From: an uncultured Rivularia sp.
Lineage (GTDB): Bacteria; Cyanobacteriota; Cyanobacteriia; Cyanobacteriales; Nostocaceae
Length of the DNA: 40,000 bases
Direction of reading: 5' to 3'
Assembly (NCBI GenBank): GCA_963665115.1
Contig: OY762007.1
Location: 7,180,679-7,220,678 of the forward strand
Position numbers and translations under genes: made by a program. Shown here piece after piece: positions 27,751 to 35,145 of this stretch. The number at the start of each line of letters is the position of its first letter. The first letter of the stretch is position 1. The notes under the pieces are model-generated. The model did no database searches and was not told the origin of the DNA. It saw only the letters and a list, made by a program, of their open reading frames with translations.

Positions 27751-28416
27751 ATGAATAAACGAATATTAAATTCAAAAGTTTTAGCATTTTTTCTTGTAGG
27801 TTTGACAGCTATATTAATTAGCTCAAATATGGTGAAAGCTGTAGAAAATAACCCTACACTCTTGGCTCGAAATAACATTTGGTCATCAGCTTCTTTCCCC
27901 GTCGAACGTTTTCAAGCTTACACATCCCCTTTTGGATATCGTCGCTCTCCAAGAGGTGGACGTATGGAGTTTCACAACGGTTTAGATATTGCCGCACCTC
28001 AAGGTAGCTACATCCGCAACTGGTGGGGAGGTACGGTAATTAAAGTAGGCGATCGCGGTGCTTGCGGTACCCATATCATCGTTCAGTCTGGTGACTGGAA
28101 ACACAGCTATTGCCATATGAAAGGACGGGTAGAAAAATCCAACGGTCAGCTTTATATGGTCGATCGCGCTGGCGGTATTCAAATCGCTAAAGGTCAGCGA
28201 ATACCCGCAGGTTTCCGAATTGGACGTATCGGAATGACTGGGCGCACTACGGGACCTCATCTCCACTGGGTACTTAGATACGGGAAGAATTATGTTGACC
28301 CAGCAAAGGTTCTCCGAGCTATGCATACCAAGCAGCAAGTTAGCAATACATCAAATATTAATAGTAATCAAAGGTATCAAATAAAACTTGAAGAATCAAA
28401 GCTGATTAATCAGTGA
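27751..28416 (+). CDS. M23 family metallopeptidase (secreted or membrane-anchored)
   Basis: 221 aa with an N-terminal signal/TM segment, then HNGLDIAAPQGSYI and GRTTGPHLHW (HxxxD and HxH motifs). Confidence 0.85.
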   Translation: MNKRILNSKVLAFFLVGLTAILISSNMVKAVENNPTLLARNNIWSSASFPVERFQAYTSPFGYRRSPRGGRMEFHNGLDIAAPQGSYIRNWWGGTVIKVGDRGACGTHIIVQSGDWKHSYCHMKGRVEKSNGQLYMVDRAGGIQIAKGQRIPAGFRIGRIGMTGRTTGPHLHWVLRYGKNYVDPAKVLRAMHTKQQVSNTSNINSNQRYQIKLEESKLINQ

Positions 28417-28521
28417 GCAGTTTGATATGTACTTGTTATGCGGCATTAAATAGTTGTAAAAGAGGGAACAGAGGAAGAAGATTGTATTAGTCCCAAATAA
28501 ATCCTAAAAATGAATAATCGC

Positions 28522-28554
28522 AGAAACCCGGTTTTTTGGAAAAACCGGGTTTCT
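28522..28554. terminator. Hairpin element, inverted copy of 4382-4410
   Basis: agaaacccggtttttt gg aaaaaccgggtttct. About 100 nt downstream of the M23 peptidase stop. Confidence 0.5.
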
Positions 28555-28965
28555 AATTACTATTACTCTGCCCCGTTTACCATAAATTAGCAAAGCTCAA
28601 GCTAAGGCTTTAGGAGAATTTTTTCATGTAGATGCAGATTTATTTAAACCATTGGCAACAAACTATTAAGTTAACTTGATATAGATAAATTTTTTGTATA
28701 TATATTAATTGATTCCGAATTAATACTTGCTTAGGTGGGAGTTACTCTAAAGATGCGATACGATTCACCTCAAACCTAGAACCTGCAATATTCTGGAAGC
28801 TCTGCATCTCTACAAAATCAGGGACAAAATTCTTCTTGAAAGAAATTAAGTTTATAACAACCATAATTAGTCAATCTCTCTAAAGGAATATAGAAATAAT
28901 TAAATAACTATGTGATTATACGTAAATGAAATATTTATACAGATAGATTTTTAAGGTTTTACTAG

Positions 28966-30358
28966 ATGACATTGCCTAATACTTTTAAAACTCCCTCCTT
29001 TCTACAAAAGGTGCAGTGGGTAGCCGATCCTGTCGCATATATGGAAAAAGCGGCTCGGCAATATCCTGATATTTATACAGCGGAAGTGGTTGGTTTTGGT
29101 AATACTTTGGTATTCGTGAATCATCCCGAAGGAATAGAAAAAGTTTTTAGCAATGACACAAAAGAATTTGTCGCGATAGGAGAAACCAATAAGACATTTG
29201 AGCCGATAATTGGGGAATATGGATTGGTGATATTAGATGGCGATCGCCACAAACGACAGCGAAAGTTGATGATGCCATCTTTTCACGGTAAGCGGATGCA
29301 TTCCTATGCAGAATTGATGTGTCATCATAGCGAAAAAGTTTTTGCTAACTTACCTATTAACGAAACATTTTCGGCTAGTGAAGCAACTTTAGATATTTCT
29401 TTGGAAGTTATTTTGGGTGCTGTATTCGGTTTATCGGAAGGGGAACGTTATCAGCAAATTAAAAATAAACTGCTTTCAATGTTGCATATTGTTTCTTCAC
29501 CTTTGACTGCTAGTTTCCTACTTTTCCCCGCTTTACAAAAAGATTTAGGGGCTTGGAGTCTTTGGGGTAAGTTTGTCCGTTTGCGAAAGCAGCTTGATGA
29601 CTTAATTTATGCCGAAATCGCCGAACGTCGCAATCATCGCGATGCAGATAGGGTTGATGTTCTTTCCATGTTGATGGAAGCGATAGATGAAGAAGGGCAG
29701 GCGATGACAGATAAGGAGTTGCGAGATGAGTTGATAACTATGTTGCTCGCAGGGACATGAAACCTCGGCAACCGCTATGGCTTGGTCATTATATTGGGTT
29801 CACCATACACCGCACGTGAAGGAAAAACTGCTCGCAGAAATCGATAACTTGGGTGAAAATCCAGATCCAATGGAAGTATTTCGACTTCCTTATTTAACTG
29901 CTGTATGTAACGAAACTTTACGGATTTGTCCGGTATCTATGACCACGTTTCCGAGAGTAGTTAAAGAACCTGTGGAATTGTTGGGACATAATTTAGAACC
30001 GGGCACAGTAATAGTAGGAAGTCTTTACAATTTGCATCGTCGGGAAGACTTGTATCCTCAGTCCAACAAATTTAGACCAGAACGTTTTTCAGAAAGACAA
30101 TATTCACAATACGAACTTTTCTCTTTTGGTGGAGGTGCGCGGAGGTGTGTTGGAGAAGCTTTTGCGATGTTTGAAATGAAGTTAGTTTTAACAACAATAC
30201 TTTCAAAATATCAACTGGAATTAGCAGATAACAAACCAGAAAAGCTTCAGCGTCATGGTGCATTTAATCTTGCGCCAGCCAACGGAGTCAAAATGTCAAT
30301 TACAGGAATGCGCCCTCAGCCTCAATTAGCTGTAGCTATGGCTAGTGAAATAAATTAA
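28966..30358 (+). pseudogene. Cytochrome P450 (CYP110-like), frame-disrupted as given
   Basis: ORFs 28966-29760 and 29777-30358 join if one g of ggg 29752-29754 is removed, giving …MLLAGHETSATAMAWSLYW…, the P450 I-helix AGxET. The heme loop is FSFGGGARRCVGEAF. Confidence 0.8.
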
Positions 30359-30361
30359 TTT

Positions 30362-30438
30362 GTAGTTTGTAGGTTGGGTTAGACGCACGAATAATATTAT
30401 TGTTAACGAAGAAGTTTGATGCGTCGTAACCCAACATT
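30362..30438. repeat. Hairpin repeat H1 (GTAGGTTGGGTTAGACGCA … TGCGTCGTAACCCAACAT)
   Basis: Complementary arms. It abuts the stop codon of ORF 30437-30718. Confidence 0.6.
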
Positions 30439-30718
30439 ACTTAGTCTTACGATTTCTATACCAATATATACCGCAACCTGATATAATCGCCCCAACAATC
30501 CCAGTTAGACTGCGAAGTGTTTCGTTATCTACCCTATATATATATTTGATTAACTCTTCAATAGCTATCCCGAGAAAAGTCCCTAAAAAGAACCAAAAAA
30601 CTAGTGGTAGGAAATCTGCTGTTGACCAATAATTGTTCTTCTGAGCTGAAAGACCGACCGCAATTGCTATAGGTAAAGCAGTTAGCATCGTAATTACAAA
30701 TGATAAAGGGTCTAGCAT
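30437..30718 (-). CDS. Small 3-TM membrane protein, paralog A
   Basis: 93 aa, about two-thirds identical to the ORF at 30969-31259. Shared cores are YWSTADFLPLVFW and SGCGIYWYR. Confidence 0.6.
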   Translation of the reverse strand: MLDPLSFVITMLTALPIAIAVGLSAQKNNYWSTADFLPLVFWFFLGTFLGIAIEELIKYIYRVDNETLRSLTGIVGAIISGCGIYWYRNRKTK

Positions 30719-30860
30719 AATTCCACGCTCCGTAATTCTTTTGTTAAAGAATGGTGAACTTGAATATTACATAAAAGTTTTTCCACACGAATCAGCCATT
30801 AGTACTATCAACTGCAATCAATTATTAGCAATATTTATGTTGATAATTGATTAATATTTA

Positions 30861-30964
30861 TAGTTTGTAGTTTGTAGTTTGTAGTTTATAAGTTTGTAGG
30901 TTGGGTTAGACGCACGAATGATTTATTGTTAACGAAGAAATTTGATGCGTCGTAAACCAACATT
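30861..30964. repeat. (TAGTTTG)x4 heptamers followed by hairpin repeat H2
   Basis: tagtttgtagtttgtagtttgtagtttataagtttgtaggttgggttagacgcac … tgcgtcgtaaaccaacat. Confidence 0.6.
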
Positions 30965-30968
30965 TAAA

Positions 30969-31259
30969 TTACTTGCTCTGCTTCGGCGTGCGAGTTCTAT
31001 ACCAATATATGCCGCAACCCGATACGACTGGACCAACGAGGTAAACCAACTTAAGAAGTATTTCACTATCTACTCTAAATATATATTTGATTAACTCTTT
31101 TGCAGCTATCCCGATAAAAGTTCCTAATAGTGTCCAGAATACTAGTGGTAGGAAATCTGCTGTTGACCAATAACTGTTTTTCTTAGCTGAAAAACCAATT
31201 CCAAGTCCTATAGGTAAAGCAGCTAACGTCGTAATTACATATGATAAAAAATCTGACAT
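30969..31259 (-). CDS. Small 3-TM membrane protein, paralog B
   Basis: 96 aa, paralog of 30437-30718. Confidence 0.6.
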   Translation of the reverse strand: MSDFLSYVITTLAALPIGLGIGFSAKKNSYWSTADFLPLVFWTLLGTFIGIAAKELIKYIFRVDSEILLKLVYLVGPVVSGCGIYWYRTRTPKQSK

Positions 31260-31401
31260 AATTTCACGCTCCGTAATTCTTTTGTTAAAGAATGGTGAAC
31301 TTGAATATTACATAAAAGTTTTTCCACGCGAATCAGCCATTAGTACTATCAACTCCAATCAATCATTAGCAATATTTAGGTTGATAATTGATTAATATTT
31401 A

Positions 31402-31476
31402 TAGTTTGTAGGTTGGGTTAGACGCACGAATGATTTATTGTTTACCAAGAAGTTTGATGCGTCGTAACCCAACATT
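31402..31476. repeat. Hairpin repeat H3
   Basis: Third copy of the same element. It lies just 3' of the GFA-family gene stop. Confidence 0.6.
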
Positions 31477-31486
31477 TACTTTGTTA

Positions 31487-31936
31487 TCATTCTAAGGAAG
31501 CTGAATACTCTGCAAAAACCTCTTCCCCAGTCATATTTTTAGTTTTATTTGCAAAGCTGTAAAAAGACGGTTTCTCATCAATAAAAATTTGTAATTCGAG
31601 AGCAAAATTTTCCTCGTCATCGAGCAAGCCAGCAGGAAGTGCATAATAATTTGCTTCTTTTAAACGGTAGAAAAGATGGGTTCCACACTTACTACAAAAT
31701 CCACGCTCTGCCCATTCAGAAGAACTGAAGACAGATATATTTTCATTACCTTCAAAATTCACATCTTGACCGCATTGAATCGCAAGTAAAGGGCCACCCG
31801 TCCATTTTCGACACATATTGCAGTGACAAGCGTCTACATTATTGCTTTTCGTCTTAACTGAAACCTTTACTGCACCACAGAGACAGCTTCCTTGTTTTTC
31901 AAGTTCGTTTGCCATAACTTTCTCCTCAGACTGCAT
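31487..31936 (-). CDS. GFA (glutathione-dependent formaldehyde-activating / CENP-V) family protein
   Basis: Cys clusters CLCGAV…, CHCNMCRKWTGG… and CSKCGTHLF typical of the GFA Zn-binding fold. The start may be M8 (31915). Confidence 0.75.
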   Translation of the reverse strand: MQSEEKVMANELEKQGSCLCGAVKVSVKTKSNNVDACHCNMCRKWTGGPLLAIQCGQDVNFEGNENISVFSSSEWAERGFCSKCGTHLFYRLKEANYYALPAGLLDDEENFALELQIFIDEKPSFYSFANKTKNMTGEEVFAEYSASLE

Positions 31937-32025
31937 AACTAGATTATTATGAAAAGCCAGTAGATTGAACTAAAGGTTTATGAATAATTATTATGGTTAA
32001 GAAAAAATGACATAGTGTAAATCAA

Positions 32026-32751
32026 TTATTCAAACTTTGATATTCTTTCACCGTGAGAAACGTAAACACCATATCCATCCACAAATTGAATCGCGGGTTT
32101 ATCTTCGCCGTGTAATTTATGTTGGTTATCAAAAGTAAGTATAGAAGGGCGATCGCACACTACACAAAGTTCTTGATAAGAAGCTATCCATCCACAGTTT
32201 TTGACAATTTCTTGAAAAGTTTGCCAGATTTCAGAATCTTCATCACATTTTAATTCAAAAACAGAAAAATCTAATCTAGCCATTTCACTACAGACAGTAT
32301 CTGGTTGACGAGTACCTTCTTCAAATTCTTCAGGAATCATAAAAAAAGATGGCTCGTCTGATTCACAATCGAGTTCCTCTAAGTCTTCTCTTACTATTTC
32401 ATGAATATCACAAGTTTGCAGCCATAATTGATAGTCATCTTTATCTTTTAATGAAACAGTAGAATTTAAATATTTTACTAGCTTTTCCCAAAACCTATCA
32501 ATCATATCGCTATAATCAAGTTGCAAACAACCTATTTCATGACACAATTTATCAAGGGCTACAACAGCAGCATAAGGGCTATCAAAAAAGAATATTTGTG
32601 GTTGTGGTTCGTCAATTAATGTATATGCTGTTTTAATTGCTGCTTCTGCTTTCTCACGGTTAATTGGCTCGGTTGAAAGAGCAATTTTTCGCCATTTTTC
32701 TAAATAATTTAAAAATAAAGTTTCTTGTTGTGGAGTTAGTTCTTCAGTCAT
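32026..32751 (-). CDS. Conserved hypothetical protein (N-terminal …LTPQQETLFLNYLEKWRKIALSTEPINREKAEAAI… family; C-terminus possibly DUF6745-like)
   Basis: 241-aa ORF. The N-terminal motif and C-terminal …VCDRPS…HGEDKPAIQFVDGYGVYVSHG… resemble a family I recall from filamentous cyanobacteria and actinobacteria. Not verified. Confidence 0.5.
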   Translation of the reverse strand: MTEELTPQQETLFLNYLEKWRKIALSTEPINREKAEAAIKTAYTLIDEPQPQIFFFDSPYAAVVALDKLCHEIGCLQLDYSDMIDRFWEKLVKYLNSTVSLKDKDDYQLWLQTCDIHEIVREDLEELDCESDEPSFFMIPEEFEEGTRQPDTVCSEMARLDFSVFELKCDEDSEIWQTFQEIVKNCGWIASYQELCVVCDRPSILTFDNQHKLHGEDKPAIQFVDGYGVYVSHGERISKFE

Positions 32752-32753
32752 AG

Positions 32754-32907
32754 GGACTTACGCAAAAGCAACGTAACTGCGTCATTACGAGCGACAGCGA
32801 CGTATATGTCCTATCGGACACGCTCCGCTAACGCAAAAACCCTGCGATTGCTTCCCTACACTGCGTTCCGATCGCAATGACAAATCTCCATAGCGTAAGT
32901 CCTGAGT
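32754..32907. repeat. MITE-like element with GGACTTACGC … GCGTAAGTCC termini
   Basis: 10-nt perfect terminal inverted repeats. The interior is related to 25508-25596. Confidence 0.55.
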
Positions 32908-33250
32908 CATTTTAAACAAATTTATATTAAGCTTTGGTTTTATATAAAATTATAATTAGTAGCGACTGTCTTGAATGTCAACCGCGACGGCGCAACTGGG
33001 GAACCGCTACGCTGCGGAAGGCGGTACCAGGTAGGGGCATAACAGCAAATAATCGTGTTCAGGGACAAGACGTTTTAGCAGTATTACCAGAAATTGAATT
33101 AACCCTTACTCCCAATCGAGTTTTTGGATGGTTAAAGATAAGTTAGTGAAATAACCCACGGAGGTGGGTTTTGCTTGTGTAGCCGCGATTTCCAATCGCC
33201 AAGGATTAAAAAAAATTATAATTTTAAACCTATTTATTAGACATTAAAAA

Positions 33251-33321
33251 TGTTGCGTTACGGCAATTTCACATTTATTATGTATTATTGTAAACTCACG
33301 TAGCCGTAACACACCCTACAA
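33251..33321. repeat. Short member of the GCGT(G/T)ACGGC…GCCGT(C/A)ACACACCCTACAA family
   Basis: tgttgcgttacggc … gccgtaacacaccctacaa. Confidence 0.45.
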
Positions 33322-33336
33322 ATAAAATACAACTAA

Positions 33337-33579
33337 TCAATCAAAATTACGTCGAAATCTACGATCAATTTTATCGGTCTTTTTACGATTGCAACTAAAG
33401 CATAAAGTTTGTAAGTTGCTGATATCGTTGGAACCACCACGAGCTAAAGGGATAATATGGTCAATTGTTAAATCGGTTTCACCATGTTGTTTACCACAGC
33501 TTTGACATTGGTATTTATTCCGTTCAAATACATATTTTCTCACTGCTGAAGGAATGGGAATACGCGGTGTTTTGCTCAT
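33337..33579 (-). CDS. Small HNH endonuclease
   Basis: 80 aa: …CQSCGK…DLTIDHIIPLARGGSNDISNLQTLCFSCNRKK…, the full HNH/Cys4 motif set. Confidence 0.85.
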   Translation of the reverse strand: MSKTPRIPIPSAVRKYVFERNKYQCQSCGKQHGETDLTIDHIIPLARGGSNDISNLQTLCFSCNRKKTDKIDRRFRRNFD

Positions 33580-34012
33580 AGAAGTTTTTAAAAGAGATTG
33601 TTTCTATATTATCTTGTGTAAATGTTTCTTCAGCTTCTTGTTCTTGAAGAGAGAAATCTAGCAAAACTTTTAAATCAATATATTCTTGATTATAATTTCC
33701 TTGACTTGAAAAGTCTAAAATAATTTTGATTTGTAATTCATCTAATCGTCTAATTTGATCGAAGGCAATCAATTCACATTGAATATCTTCTTTTAACCAA
33801 AATTTCCATTCGATGCGGTTATATATTCCTTGGTTGTTTACTTCTCTGAAATATTTTTTAATCAATTTATTTTTGCAGCAAAAATTTAAATTGCCCTTTC
33901 TTGGTTTAAAATCCTTAACAATACTCTCTTTAATTTGATTTGTGTTAAAAACGATTTTGTTTAGAACAATAAATTCGTTCTCTTCCGTAAAAGACTCAAA
34001 ATTACAATGCAT
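33524..34012 (-). CDS. Hypothetical protein, divergent KGK-domain-like paralog lacking the KGK motif
   Basis: 162 aa. The N-terminus FESFTEENEFIVLNKIVFNTNQIKESI parallels FKSLSCNDDDVLSYNGSLVKFSQFKQQL of the neighbouring KGK protein. CELIAF…QIKIILDF parallels CEILRLG…KIRTQSSIDFF. Its 3' end overlaps the HNH ORF by 56 nt in another frame. Confidence 0.55.
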   Translation of the reverse strand: MHCNFESFTEENEFIVLNKIVFNTNQIKESIVKDFKPRKGNLNFCCKNKLIKKYFREVNNQGIYNRIEWKFWLKEDIQCELIAFDQIRRLDELQIKIILDFSSQGNYNQEYIDLKVLLDFSLQEQEAEETFTQDNIETISFKNFYEQNTAYSHSFSSEKICI

Positions 34013-34227
34013 ACTTATGATTTAGCTTTATATTCAAGATAGTTAATTTTTGAGAAGCCAATTCGATCGCACAGTAAAATTTTTATGCGTGAAAATAGGT
34101 GACGATGATATAGATTTCATCTTAATCGCGTAAATGAAACCTTTATGATTATTATGTCCGCTTATTTACCTGACAAACATTAAATATTACAAGACGGAAA
34201 TTATATTTAATAAAACTATTTCAAATG

Positions 34228-34668
34228 TTATGCAGCATACATCATGTCGTCAAAAGACAATTTAGGCTGTTGAACTTGATGTTCTTCAGATAAGAATTCT
34301 AAGTTAAACTCAATTTTAGCTATTTTGCTAGAATCTTTCTCATTGGGAAAGAAATCTATAGATGACTGAGTTCTGATCTTTCCTTTCTGCCAGCTTGTAG
34401 CACCAAGTCTAAGAATCTCGCAATGATTCCCTTCTTCTGAGGAAGATAAGGTGACGCTGATATTGCAATAGCTAAAAGATGTATTGATTAATTCATATAT
34501 TCTTTCTTTGCTGTTACAACCATCATTTTCTTTTGTGAGAAGATAGTTCACCTTCTGCCACAACTCATTTTCTAACTGTTGCTTAAATTGACTAAATTTA
34601 ACCAGACTGCCGTTGTATGACAAAACATCGTCATCGTTGCAACTCAAAGATTTGAATTTACTTTCCAT
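34228..34668 (-). CDS. KGK domain protein
   Basis: 146 aa: MESKFKSLSCNDDDVL…HCEILRLGATSWQKGKIRTQSSIDFFPNE…. This matches my memory of the cyanobacteria-restricted KGK domain (Pfam PF08872). Confidence 0.65.
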   Translation of the reverse strand: MESKFKSLSCNDDDVLSYNGSLVKFSQFKQQLENELWQKVNYLLTKENDGCNSKERIYELINTSFSYCNISVTLSSSEEGNHCEILRLGATSWQKGKIRTQSSIDFFPNEKDSSKIAKIEFNLEFLSEEHQVQQPKLSFDDMMYAA

Positions 34669-34751
34669 ATTCGCTTACATCATGTACTACAATTTCCAAT
34701 TAAGTTACCAATCTTTTTACAGTTTCTCTGTTACCAAGACAACATCAATTG

Positions 34752-35045
34752 TTAAACTTCTATAGTTTCAGCTACACCGTTATTTTCAAACGATGCACTA
34801 TCAACTATTTCTGCCTCCGGTGACTCGATTACGGGTAATAAATAATCGTACAATTGCATTGCTTCTAAGCAACCGTTAATGGCAGACACGGATTGATTGA
34901 AACTAGCAATTTTATCTTTCGCTGCATCCAATCGTCGCTTGTTATCAGCAACTTTCTCTTGCGCTTCTTTTACTAAAGTTTTCTCTAAATAAGCACGCGC
35001 TTGAGGATACTGCTGCAAAATTTCGTCACTTTTGATATCCGCCAT
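34752..35045 (-). CDS. Small helical/coiled-coil protein with acidic tail
   Basis: 97-aa ORF about 100 nt downstream of the dynamin-like gene on the same strand. No family recognised. Confidence 0.5.
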   Translation of the reverse strand: MADIKSDEILQQYPQARAYLEKTLVKEAQEKVADNKRRLDAAKDKIASFNQSVSAINGCLEAMQLYDYLLPVIESPEAEIVDSASFENNGVAETIEV

Positions 35046-35145
35046 TGGTAAAAGCTGAGTTTTAAAGCTTTGATTAATGGTTTGTCGGAATGTGATGCGA
35101 ATTGTTCTGCTAACTTTGGGTTCAAAATCTAACTTTAACAGTTGT

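Noticed and set aside
27124-28338. Track ORFs 27124-27309 (+) and 27982-28338 (-)
   Set aside because: The first sits in an AT-rich spacer between inverted repeats with no RBS or conservation cues. The second is antisense to the M23 peptidase.
30072-30263. Track ORF, 63 aa, minus strand
   Set aside because: It lies antisense within the P450 gene.
32934-33190. A GC-rich stretch (32975-33050) plus a hairpin with T-run (aacccacggaggtgggttttgc, about 33163-33185) downstream of a TATAAT box. I considered this as an sRNA/SRP-like RNA, and also considered track ORF 32934-33146.
   Set aside because: The hairpin and the adjacent gcttgtgtagcc are part of a dispersed repeat seen inverted at 9725-9750 and related to 10880-10900. 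The GC-rich part resembles the …cgctacgctgcgg… repeat family. I could not match SRP, 6S, tmRNA or RNase P signatures. It remains a weak sRNA possibility only.
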